A stretch of 64,000 nt of DNA, taken from NCBI GenBank assembly GCA_000320545.1, contig ADNK01001927.1:62001-126000 (forward strand). Direction: 5' to 3'. Shown piece after piece: positions 52,414 through 64,000 of the stretch. The notes beneath the pieces are model-generated. The model did not search any database. It had not been told where the DNA came from and was given only the letters and a program-made list of their open reading frames with translations. The DNA comes from Bigelowiella natans CCMP2755 (lineage: Eukaryota; Protista; Cercozoa). The first letter of the stretch is position 1. Each line of letters begins with the position of its first letter. Position numbers and translations under genes: made by a program.

Positions 52414-53634
52414 ATGACGGGGAGAATCTCTTAAAATGTCCTTTACCAGCAACAAAAAGTACGCTGTATTATATTGTCGCCTTACTTTGATTGTAACTCG
52501 TTGAGAATTGTTCTCGTTGCTTCTTGAAACATGCCGACAGAAACCCTCTGCTCACTGATGGCTTTGTTCAGCTGAAGCACAATCTTCTGATCCAGACATT
52601 TAAGATAGAGCGGGGCACCTTGAAGGAGGAAACGTGTCTGTATTTTGGTTGCCTCATTTATCATCGCTAACACTTTCTCCTCTTTCTTCGCAGCAAAAAG
52701 CTGTTTTTCTTTCTCATCCTGAGTTCAAAAGATAGCATAGGCGTCAAAACAATGTAGCAGCATCAGCAGCACTCAGGCAACAAGCCAGAAACACTATAGA
52801 TTCAATAAAAACCAAGATTTACGCGCTTTAAGCACCAGATAAAGAAAATCTAATTGAATCATCCACGCATAGGAAAATGCAGGGAAGGGAAAAACCTTAA
52901 TTTCACCCTTAGCCTTTTCTGCCATCTCAATAGCTCCGAATTTATCTTCGAAAATTTTGGCTTCGTTGTGAAACAGGATAGGACTTTTCTCCTCTCTTGG
53001 CATTAGATGAAGCATCATCTTCTTTGACACATTCCACTCCAAGTGAATATTGTACCTTGAGAGTGGGATATGATCCATGATAGCAGCACAGTGAGATAGA
53101 TGATAACGATATGGTGGAGGAAGAAGAAAATAAGTACCAGAAAAGAAAAAGGTAACAAATTATAGATTGAATAAATCATAGAAAAATAGAAAAGGTTGCC
53201 GAAATGATAAGATGAACAAGGTAAGTAACATGAGACTAAATTTGCCGTCCTTCCTCTCACCCCTCGATTTGAATCAATCAAAGTTGATGAATCTCTCTTT
53301 TATTTTCGTAAAAATGGAACGAATGTATAGTGGATAAGAAAGAAACCAAACACAAATAACGGCAACAGCAGCAACAAAATCATGTCAAAATATTTACTTC
53401 TTGCCCATTTCGTCGCTCGCCTTGAGCATTTTCTTTTCCATAGCAACAATTTCAAATTTCCGTTTGTTGGCACTTCCCGATCGTGCTAGCTTAATTTGCT
53501 GATACTGAACCAACTCAAGTTCACCTGCAATATTCCACACCCACCATCGTCCTTTCAATGAATCATTGTATCCTTGATACCTAAGAAGAAGAAGAAGAAG
53601 AAGAATAGGAATAGGAAGAAACAATGTTAAATAT

Positions 53635-53665
<31 letters not shown>

Positions 53666-55368
53666 CCAATGCTACTTCTACTGCTGCTGCTGCTGCAGTA
53701 GTAACAGCTGCTGAGCTAACCTTCCATCGATGAAATAGATGCCATCAAGTCCCTCCACATGTACTGGAGTGTTGGCATCGAATGCTGGTCCAAGATCGTT
53801 GTTACTAACACTATCATTGGTGCTGGTAGTAGCAGTAGCTTTATGCTCCTTCTCGTCTGCGTTGCCCGAAGAATTAGCACCTTTCTCGGCGTGCTCTGCA
53901 TCATCACCATCTTTTCCTCCATTTTTATTCTTATCGTTCTCGCCACTGTGATCATGGTCTCCCTCTTCTTGGATAGCGGCAAATCTTGATCCTTTTTTGA
54001 CTCGTCGTAGCTGTTGTTTTCGCACAGAGTAGAGCGTGGAGATACTCAAGCGTTTGACGTTGATGTAAGAAAAGAATCGTTGGATCTTAATCAAGGCACG
54101 TACAACACGTGCAAGTGATTCTCGTGCTTTAATGATCTTGAGTCCCTCGGTATGAGCTTTGCTCTTCAAATTTGCTTTGAGCTGAGTACCCATCCATGAA
54201 TGCTGACACACCTGAGCGGGAGTCAGTCGCTTTTGTGGTTCCACAATGAACATCTTAGAGATGAGGTCTTGTGCGTCTGCAGAGACGTTTTTCCAGTGTC
54301 TGATGATTGATAGATGATGATGAGTGATGATGATGATGATGATGATGCGAAATGGACAAGCAGACCATGTGCAATCAACGAGAGGGTGAGTGAAAGAAGG
54401 GAAGAGGGAGAAAGCAAGAAAAGAGAATGGAATCACGGGTAGAAATCAAAACAGAAATATTTAAAATAAAGACCTTCAAATTGAACTATTATGCTGTTAT
54501 CAATTACTCTCTCCTCTCATTCTTCTCAATAAAGTGGTATAGTTACTTCTCTGGAAATTTATAAATTCCGTTGCGAATAAGCTCGTAGAGTTGTCTTCGA
54601 TCCTTAGCGTAGAATGGGGGCCGTCCGCTCAGCATGACGTACAAAATAACACCAAGAGACCACACGTCACACTGGCCGGTATAACGAGGCCCATCGATGA
54701 CCTCTGGGGCAAGATACAATGGTGTTCCACAAGCTGATCTTGCAAACTTTTCTCCCGCTGCCAAGTGCTTGGCCACACCAAAATCCACAATAACAATATC
54801 TGAATCCGGATTCGGAGTGCGGTACCTTATGATGGTAATATATTAATATATAATAATATGTTATTGCACTATATGTAGCGCTTATTACATATTGCTCATC
54901 TTATTTCTCTACCATTACCAATATCACATCATTGTTTACTACTACTAGATCTTGTCTTCATACATGAGGTTTTCAGGCTTTAAGTCTCGATGGATGATTC
55001 CGATCTTATGCAAATAACTCAATGTTGAAGCAACAATCCTCACAATACGAGCTGCTTCTTGCTCGCCGAAATGATCAATACTGGAAATTCGATCTAGCAA
55101 GTTGCCCCCCTACAGAACAATAACAACAATAATAAAAACAGTAAAAATAAGAATATCAATAATGATAATTGTAAAATGAACAATATGGTCATCATTCAAG
55201 GGGTAAGTTCGGAGTGGATGCGGTAGGGGCGCTGATGGTGGAGTATATCAGTCTCTAAAACAGAGGAAGGAAAAAGATATTTCTTTCTCATGTAAAAATA
55301 AACAATTCCCCAAAATCATTTGCATTTAAATTATATTAATATATGTGTGTATATAGTGTGTGTATATA

Positions 55369-55406
<38 letters not shown>

Positions 55407-56056
55407 TATATTGTATGTATATCATTTCATATATTGCATGTGGAATAGAATAGAAGTGAAAGTATATCGTTACAGCTCGCATTCTTACTTCCAAGAGCTC
55501 AAGAACTAAGCACACAGCTTGCGGTGTTGGCACGACTTCAAATAGGCGACAGCAGTTTCGGTGATGAATGCTTCTCATTATTTCAATTTCGGTTTCGAGA
55601 TATCTAACAATATTAACACCAATAAATTATCGTAACCTCATAAGCTACTACGAGGAGAACTTAAAAGAGCAGTAATAGTAAAATAAATCATTGAAACAAA
55701 AGCTAGCACCGTTAGTTGTGTGAATCATCATCATCGTCAACAATATCACATTTCTTCAGTCCAAATAATTGGGTTAATATATATAATCTCGTTCATTATA
55801 TCAGTTATTGTACTATTTATGGTTATTATTATTAAGCAACTTACGCTTCCGAGTGAGAAGAGAGCTTGTTCTTCTTGATGAATTTGCATGCTCGTGTTTC
55901 TCCAGTAGCCTTAGTCTCCACCTTGAGTACTTTTCCAAAAGCGCCTTCTCCAAGTTTCTCGCCAATTATATACCTAGTGGTAGATAGATCATGATCATGG
56001 TGTATCATCATCAATTGAACCATGTTGAGGGTGGGGGGGAGGGGGGAGGGGGGAGA

Positions 56057-56096
<40 letters not shown>

Positions 56097-57880
56097 ATAG
56101 GGCCTATTATATCTCTAGATCTTAGTATCGTTCTTCTTGTTGTTCTTCTTCTTGTTCTTACTTCTGTCGTATCTCTCTTAGGGGATCGAATCGGCAGTTT
56201 TTGGCCTGTGTCCATGCCCTCTCCAGTATGCCCACTGACTCTTTTGACCCATACTGCTTGCCGTACTCAAGAGGGTCTCTCCCACTCAGATCTTTGCTGG
56301 TAAAATCGGCACCTGCTGTAAGAAGACATCGAAGGGCTGCTACGTTGTTCGTACGTGCTGCAAAATGGAGAGGAGTTTTCCCAGCGACTGCGGGAAGTTG
56401 AATATCTGCCTTAGCAGAGATGAGAAGCTGGATACTATCAGCGGCAAGCTTTGCAGCTGCATAGCACAACGGCGTGACCCCTTCTAGCTGCTCGGAGACC
56501 TTATTGACGTCCTTATCGTACTTGAGAACTATCTGAAGCATGCGCGTATCTCCATACCTATGTTGTTATTATTTGTATGACAATAGAAGTTATCACAATG
56601 CTGCATTTCATTCATATAAAAAGGTTAATACACAAATACGACAACAGACACCTAAAACGAAAAAAGAATAAGTGTGCTCAGTATTATGTTATTACAGAAG
56701 TGAAAGTTCCAACGGTGTCTTCTGATCCTTCCCCTGAACGTGTACTCTAGCCCCACTCGTGAGAATAGTTTGCACGGCTTCAAACGACTGCGAGCAACAT
56801 GCTACGAGGAGAGGAGTCATATCATCGAATGGAGAATTATTGCTCGCATCATCGTTATTGCTTTTCCCCTCTCGTCCGCCAATAGATTTAACTCGAAGCT
56901 CCAAGTCAGCGCCAGCCTTTACCAAAAGGCCGACCGCCGAGGCATTATCAGTCTCAGCAGCAATATGAAGCGGAGCCATTCCTTCGTGATCTGATAGTAT
57001 TAAAGAAGACGTTTGCACGATTGTTTGCGATTCAAAACCATTGTAGCTGAGATATGAACAATACTAACACCTTGTTTGTTGATATTCGCCTTCATCTTGA
57101 TTAACACCTCTGCTGCAGCAATCTGCCCCTTCGTCACAGCTGTTTTGAATGCACATCACAGCTTATTTTAACATCAATTTCATGATACTTACTCCCTATG
57201 AAGAAATGAGGATACAGGGTGCGAACGATTTTTTTAGATTTGCTGCAAATGTACCTCGTAGTAATGCTGTTTGTCCGAATATGTCCTCAGCCTCTAAACT
57301 TGCTCCTACAAGGAAGGCAACGGTGGAAATCAAGACGCAAATAATGGTAATAGGGAGATTCAAGATTTCTACACAAAGCTTTTCTTATATTCTTCTGTCT
57401 CTATATCCTTTTTTGTCCACCGCGACCACCCCCCTCTTATGATGATTGTCTTTCTACCATTTTTGTGGAGGACTAACAGAGTCTCGATGTTCCCTAAATA
57501 GTTTACACGGTAGGACAATGATGAAATACGTTCTGCATTCTTTCATCGACAGTAGTAACGAATCTAAAAAAATGTGATAGTTACAAAAATACGATTTGAT
57601 ACCTCTTTGGCTGGCAAACATCAAAGCTGTTCGATTTCCAGTTGGCTCATCGCTCATGCTATTCAAGTCAGCTTTTGCATTTAACAGCTCCTGTACCTGT
57701 GCAACCCAGAGGATCCACACAAAAGAACCGTACTCAAAAAATGGTATGATATGGGCTGCAGAAAATCTAACTATTGGCTAATTTTAAAAGAGACACTTAA
57801 AATCACATGCAACAAACCTTCCCAATGTTTCCATTGAGTGCAGCGAGGTGCAACTGCTTGTTCTGGTCCCCCATTTGTCA
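48574..57880 (-). CDS. Multidomain signalling protein: ankyrin repeats - CaMK-family kinase - RGS-like - PH - DEP - C-terminal (PX-like?) domain; start approximate
   Basis: Ankyrin LHLAALNGN, TALMFAS, APLHIAA, TPLHFAA; kinase LGEGAFGKV, HRDLKPEN, DFG, CGTPLYLAPE, DVWSLG; RGS-like KIQTRFLLQGAP...FQEATRTI; PH YEFH..NAEDMKTW; DEP IKDRKYH..CFVGSEAVSW..HV..FYR. Confidence 0.85.
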
Positions 57881-58339
57881 CCGAATTCAACTTTTTCAAT
57901 CACTTGGCTGAACTTAACGAAAATTCTTCTTGTCTTTCCAGTCGCAATCGTTCGGGGTAGTTCTTGTTGATGTATACGAGGATTAGATAGGTTGAGAGGA
58001 GGAGGAGGAGGATTGGGGGGCCTTAAGCCTAGATATACTTCGTTCAATGGTTATAAATGCGGTTTGCCAGATGCGACTTAAAAATAATATACGTTTTATT
58101 CCTACGACGATGCCAAAGAAAATGGAAACGGAAGATCAAATCTGGAAATCAGTCGAAATCCTAGGAAATCATGCAAAATCGCCACAAACTACCGGGGGTC
58201 AAAATGCCATCCCACGGAACAAGTGATGTTTTGCGGAGATTGCGGAGCTGTTCCCGAAGTGCTGTGTGGTTACCTCTGGAGAGTCTCCAGAGATTCCATT
58301 CATGTTGAGCACTGACGAGCTGATTGGTTGGGGAAGCCG

Positions 58340-58430
58340 GAAACACTTCGTTCCTTCACTGCAAGTGTCTTGCAACACTTTGGAAATGTAGTTCTTCATC
58401 ATTGTTTCATTGTTTCATTGTTTCCTTCAT
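58340..58430 (-). repeat. Dispersed ~60-90-bp repeat; inverted copy here, direct copies at ~61474-61552 and ~62575-62632
   Basis: (ACAATGA)n-TGAAGAAC[TA/TG/CA]CATTTCCAAA...CAAGA shared by the three copies. Confidence 0.85.
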
Positions 58431-59379
58431 TCATTCATGTCATTCCGGCTTCACTTGCACACTGCTACCACTGCTTTTCACATTTTTCTTCTTCTTCGAC
58501 CACCACGTGACAACGTTGGGACCACACCACTCGGCTCGTTCGACAGCATGCGTGCTTGCTGAGTGAGGAACGTCGAAGTGATCACGACCACCAGTGACTA
58601 GACGAACCAATCAATCAATCAATCATTCCATTGTGCATCTCCAGATCGGCGCGTTGTGAGCACCAGAGCCAGAGAGGCAGAGAGCACTGAAGCACTGACA
58701 AATCCAGAAATGACTGCTGCGTGCAGTGCTTGCTGGCTTGCATCGATTTCAGTTGGGGTGTGTGGCTGGCGTTGTGTGCCGGTTGCACGCACTTCAGCGT
58801 GCACTGTGCAAAATTGCAAGTCATCCGCAACGGTGCTTTGCTTTTTCGCAGAGGTGCCGTGTGCAACACCACACGAGCGCATGCAATGTGACTGGCTAGC
58901 CAGCATGGCTCCGATCAAGCAGTCGTGAAATGGTCATGATGTGCATGACATGCGTGACACACACTGTGTCCATGGTGAGCAGATGTGTCGATCAGAAGCC
59001 TGCAGCTAGAGCCCCTGATCAAATCACAAAATCCATGTGCACAAGAACACAAAAACCCAAAGACACCACAACAAAGCCGGCGCACACTCCAGTTTTGTCT
59101 TCTGATTCCAAAAAAAAACATCTTTGTTCGGCTGTGTCCATTTGTCTTGTCCAGCATGAGTTGATGCATTTGAAAGCATCTGCATCTTGTCGTCGACATC
59201 GATGTGGTGGAGCCCTCGAATCAAAGGCCATGTCGTGTGCGCACGTGCGCTGCACACGACCAGACGAACATGTGCAGTTGCGCTCGTTTCTGCACAATTG
59301 CAACTTGTGTGCGAAGCACATGCGAACACCATGTCAGCTTGGATTGCAAAACCAATGTGACACCATCACGAATTGAAAT

Positions 59380-61500
59380 TGTCAAATTGTGAGAAGAAAC
59401 GCTGATTGAAGCTGAAACAAAGAAAAGCACGGACCACTGCGCATGCTGCACAACATCGACGAGAGGATACAGATGCTTTCAAATGCATGAAACGTGAAAC
59501 AGATGAAGAATGGCAGAGACAAACAGATGTGATGCGCAAGCGCTGCGGCCGCTGCTTTGCACAGCCACAACATTGGGACGATCAGGAGGATGACCATTGA
59601 AAATGTTCAAATCACTGTCATGGACATGTGACACAATGTGCACATGTGTGCACACATGCATGCATGCATGTGCACGGCAGATCAATTTCACTTCTCCAAA
59701 TCACTTCGAAAGTCGAAGACAAATTGCTAGATTGGTTCACAGGTTGAACTTCGACTGCGTGAAGCCATCCCACCAGAGAAGCTGAGCAAATGTCAATGCG
59801 CTTTCGTGAAGAACAGGTCATGCGAGACAGCACTGACCAGAATGACTCAGCGGATCGAAGACGGCATGTTTGACAAAAAACTAGTCGGCATCGTGCTGTT
59901 CACTGACGCATCAAAAGCTCACCCCAAAGCCTGGCATTCAGGAATGGTGCGGAAACTGAGCACAAAGTGTGGTGCAAGGGGATGCCCACTTCTGTGGATC
60001 GATGACTGGCTGAGGGAGCGCACTGCCAGATTCAAACTTGGCAGCATGCCATCACAACACACGCAACTGCAAAGCGGCGCACCTGAAGGATCCTCTCTCA
60101 GCTGCCATTTGTTCATCACCCACTGCAACACGTGCGAGCACATCAAACTTGCTGATCACCAGACACATTGCGACGTTGTCACCCCACGTGAACCATTTGC
60201 ACCATCCCGCTGGGGGGAAATGCAAACCAGGCTGCAAAAAGATCCAACAAACGTGACAACCTGGTGCACAAAGTGGCGAATGAGATTCAATGGGGAAAGG
60301 AGTGGACACCCACCAATGTGCAGGAGGAAGGATGCACACAAAAAACAAGCCTTGTGGAACACGACACCCAACCTGCAAGGAAAAATGAAAACAAAAGAAT
60401 GTGGTGAATGTTTGGGACTGTGGTTTGACGAAAGATCAACTTTCGAAAAACACGCCCTTGCTGCACACGTGAAGCTGCAGAAAAAGAGAAGATTTTTGCT
60501 CAGGCTGTGTTCCACACGATCTCACATGCCATTCAATGTGAGATTGAAGTTTTGCAACACGTGATTCACAGCCACAAGCAGACGTGTCGCACCCATGTGG
60601 AGGTCCAAGAAAAACCTCAAAGTGAAGCAGCTGGATTCCGTGGAATCACAAACACTCAAAAGAGTGCTGGGATCACCAGGATGCACATCCAACGACACAC
60701 CCCATGTGTCAGCGGCCGCAACATTGCCACCACGTTGTTGTCGCACACAAGTTCAATGCACCAAGACATGGTTGCGAACCAATGCATGGGTGGAGGATGT
60801 TGCTGGCAACGGACACGTGGTGGAGGAAGAAGTGCTCAATTGGAGCTCTTTCGGATGCCACATTGAATCCTTGCTGGATGGAACACAAATGGCACAACAC
60901 AACTGGGTCGTGGAACAGAGTGTCCTTGTGCCACCGACTCAGTTTGATCACGACCAAATTGCTTGGAGCGGAACACCCCACAACACGTGCCACCAATGAG
61001 ACACTGAAAAGGAAATCAAGTGCACAAAACAAAACGATCATGCGGAACGCCGCATCCAACTTCAAAACAAATTGGAGCACAGAGGGAACCAAGGCCATGC
61101 ACTTGAAAAACCTCAACTTCATGCCTGGCTCTCGGACAACAGGAATCACATTGAAGCTGCCAAGCATTGCCACATCATGGATGCGCGCCACTTGTGGTGT
61201 TGGCAATCTTGGAACGTTTCTGCTGTCCAGAGGACAACGCTCAAAACTCGAAGCGACATGCGATGTGTGCAATGCATTGCAAGACATGGACCACGTTCTG
61301 CAATGCAGGAAACACGGACCACAGAAACTCAGATTTGACAAACAACTGGCGGCGATCATGGATCGCAATGATGAGACCACGCGTCTCACAACCGCAGAGA
61401 AAACAAGTCGAGAATTCTTTTCGGGGGAACGACAAAGTGTGAGAAAAATTGTGGTCAGCAGATCCAGATCCAGAACAATGAACAATGAACAATGATGAAG
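59380..61500 (+). mobile_element. Decayed non-LTR retrotransposon (LINE) ORF2: RT plus C-terminal CCHC knuckle, hypermutated and frameshifted
   Basis: RSISLL..SKV, Q.AF.KNRSCETAL, D.SKA(H)..WH, G(A)PEGSSLS..LF, (C)LGLWFD, CDVC...DHVLQC; ends in an (ACAATGA)n tail-like array. Confidence 0.88.
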
Positions 61501-61779
61501 AACTGCATTTCCAAAATGCAACAAGACACTTGCAGTGCACGAAACGAAGTGCCTCGAACTGACTTCAGTGAGGACTGTCTGGTGAAACCAAAAGGAATCA
61601 AGAATGGCACTGTGGCCACTCCTCCGTTCCTAGTTTCATTGTTTTTGGTGCCAACTTCAGGATCACGCATCCCTGAATCCTGTCGTGATGGTTTGCTCAT
61701 GCTTGGAGATCACCAAGCAAGAACACCACACCTGCGAACCCCAAGAGAACAATCCCATGGACCACACCTTCATGGTCTG

Positions 61780-62510
61780 CTTCACACCCACCACAACATC
61801 CCCAGCTTTTGCGGAGACATTGCCCTCACTGGAAGGCATGAAGATGGAAGAGGATGCATTCTTCGTTCCTGGTCCATTTGGACAGCGAGCTTCGCAATGA
61901 CCACACCATCCCCGGCTTTTGCGGAGACAAAGCCCCCATCATTGCAATTGGAAGCACTGGCTTCACGCCAACCACAACATCCCCGGCCCAATGGAGACAT
62001 TGCCTGGAGGGCATGAAGTTTGAGGAGGACACCTTCATCCTGACGGGATTCATCCGGGGTGAACATTGGATGCAGATCCGAAAATCCTTCACTTGGCACC
62101 CAATTCTCCGGTGGCCTGCCCCACCGGTGAACAGGAATGTGGCACAGGGATGAGGGGAAAAGCCACCCTCGCAACCGAAAAACCCACCACCCAGTGCCAT
62201 TTCGGCGAATGCAACTTTGAATCTTGAACACAGATCCATGCATCCTTCGTTTGGCCACCGAGTCACCGGTGGCTGGGGCGACAAGTCTGTCCACCCCACC
62301 AGTGACCAGGAATGTGGTTCAGGGGTAGGAGGTGACCAACCCCCCCGCCCATCACCGCATCACACCAATTTTTTTCCGAATGCAACTTTGAATCTTGAAT
62401 GCAGATCCATGCGTCCTTCGTCTGGCTGCCTGGTCACCGGTGGCTGGGGCGACACGTCTGTCCATCCCACCGGTGTCCAGGAATGTGGTTCAGGGGCAGG
62501 ATGTGACCAA
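61780..62510. repeat. Two pairs of internal duplications (61780-61864 / 61961-62040 and 62207-62339 / 62378-62510), TpA-erased
   Basis: Direct alignment by eye. Confidence 0.8.
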
Positions 62511-63172
62511 ACCCCCACCCACATCACCGCATCACGCCGCATCGGCGAAATGAAAAACCACATTTCCAAAGTGCACAATGAAACAATGAAACAATGATGA
62601 AGAACCACATTTCCAAAGTGTTGCAAGAGGCACTCATGATCCCAACACGAGCTAGCGAGCCGACATTTTTTGAATGATAATGAATTATTTATTATTATCC
62701 CCGAAATAATGAAATATGCGATGAATTGTGGTTACTGTAGCAGAATAATAATAATAAATAATTTGTTATTATTCTAAAGCGCAGGACGTTCGACGCATGA
62801 TGCAGGCTCCTACGTAAGAATATCTAGAACATCTCCTTATACTGCCAAATGTCTGGCCGATTAAAAGTTAGTATTCCCGGTAGTTTATTTACCCGGAAAT
62901 AATAATAGATCTACCCGTAGATAAATGGATATCTAGATAATATAAGAGCTGCCGGGCTGAAAGAAGAAAGAAGAAAAATTGCGAAAATTAGTATAAAAAT
63001 ATGTTGCGACAACCTCAATTAGATCTACGGAGTAAACTTAAACGGGATTTATAGAATTTCGGTCAATCTCTCTCGAGCGGAATCTCTACTCTGTTGACCC
63101 GCGGCAGACCTCAAAACTCAAACCGCAAGCGCACCCAGAGGGAGTAGACGGATCAGTCTACCACATAGGAAA

Positions 63173-64000
63173 ATGAGTTTCGTCTCTCTAGCTCTCGTAT
63201 CTGCCATGGCCTTCACACCTCTGGTAAGGATGTTTGATAATTTGGTACTTATTATTACTTGTTACAGTCTGTACGCTTACAGAATCATTTTTAATACTTT
63301 CATATCAGGCACTGGAGCACATAGCCCACGGTGTTGAAGACAACGTGCTCGCAGCATCCAGTACTGTAGACAACCTGGCCGATGCGCCAACTGATCTCAA
63401 CTGTAAAGAGACATCGATACTCATTCCCAACAACAGCACCCAAATCCAAATCCATGCACCGGATGAGTGCCTGGACTATGATTTATCCAAGGAAGACCCT
63501 GTTTGTAACGGGACCACGTTTCCAATGCTTTGCAAATTCAAGTTGGTCCACGTGCCTGAGACTGCTGCATTGCTCGAAAGACATCAAATGTTTGAGAAGA
63601 TGGGTCAGCATTTGGAGATGAAGGATGCAGAGCGTCAGTCAGCACTGATAGAAGCCACAAATGATAAGAATGAGACAGAGGACAAGAGCCGATATTTTAC
63701 AGACTATAACGCATTACTCGAACGTGGCATGAATCTAGATGAGATGTCACAATTTGATGTTCTAAGATTGGACGAGACAGGGAAAAAAAGAGTCAAAGGA
63801 AAGCACGAAGAGCAATACATATGGGCAGCAAGGGCAGCTGCCAAGGCATCATTGCACGGAACCTCTTGCAAGCCCGCAACAAATGGAAAGAGGGCTCCAA
63901 GGCATTTTGACTGTGACGTTTGCTGGCATTGGGGATTTATTCCACATCCTTGCAATTGCGATTGTCGAGGATGGACTCAGATTGCAAGCCTGTGCTTTCA
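63173..64000 (+). CDS. Secreted hypothetical protein, truncated by window end
   Basis: MSFVSLALVSAMAFTPL (signal-like), GT-AG intron ~63224-63308, then a frame open to 64000 with a Cys-rich segment. Confidence 0.65.

Noticed and set aside
59380-61500. Penelope or DIRS identity for the RT because of nearby inverted and direct repeats
   Set aside because: The RT motifs (KA.xxxWH, GxPxGS) and C-terminal CCHC knuckle are LINE-type; no GIY-YIG or tyrosine recombinase is seen.
46680-62510. CA/TG polymorphism explained by methyl-CpG deamination
   Set aside because: CpG is plentiful in these blocks, TpA is the missing dinucleotide, some copies retain TA, and conserved Tyr/Val codons require a TA ancestor.
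58150-62655. Classical fungal RIP
   Set aside because: RIP converts CpA to TpA and adds stop codons; here TpA and TAA/TAG stops are lost.

Overview
Eukaryotic nuclear DNA from an intron-rich protist. Two genes carry signal-plus-transit-peptide-like leaders, so a secondary-plastid alga such as a chlorarachniophyte is likely (inference). The window holds about 13 host genes, including a TOM5-like protein, a vWA protein, a PNPOx-like FMN-binding protein, Rho GDI, a YciO/TsaC-like protein, an MFS sugar transporter, a SEL1-repeat protein and an ankyrin-CaMK-RGS-PH-DEP multidomain kinase. It also holds one intact Ty1/copia LTR retrotransposon (4675-11773; 358-bp LTRs, GCGAC target-site duplication, half-tRNAiMet-type PBS, heat-shock-element arrays), a decayed LINE and several decayed repeat blocks. 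The main discovery is a regional, context-specific hypermutation process that works like RIP in reverse. In TE relics and in spacers between converging genes, TpA is almost completely converted to TpG/CpA (A->G on either strand). CTAG is spared and locally piles up, while genes, introns and promoters stay TA-rich. Internal evidence: paralogous copies read TA, TG or CA at the same site; conserved RT tyrosines have become Cys/His; and a fossil (TA)20 array has become a TG/CA/CG mosaic. The responsible enzyme is not visible in this window. Exon boundaries and dinucleotide counts were read by eye and are approximate.
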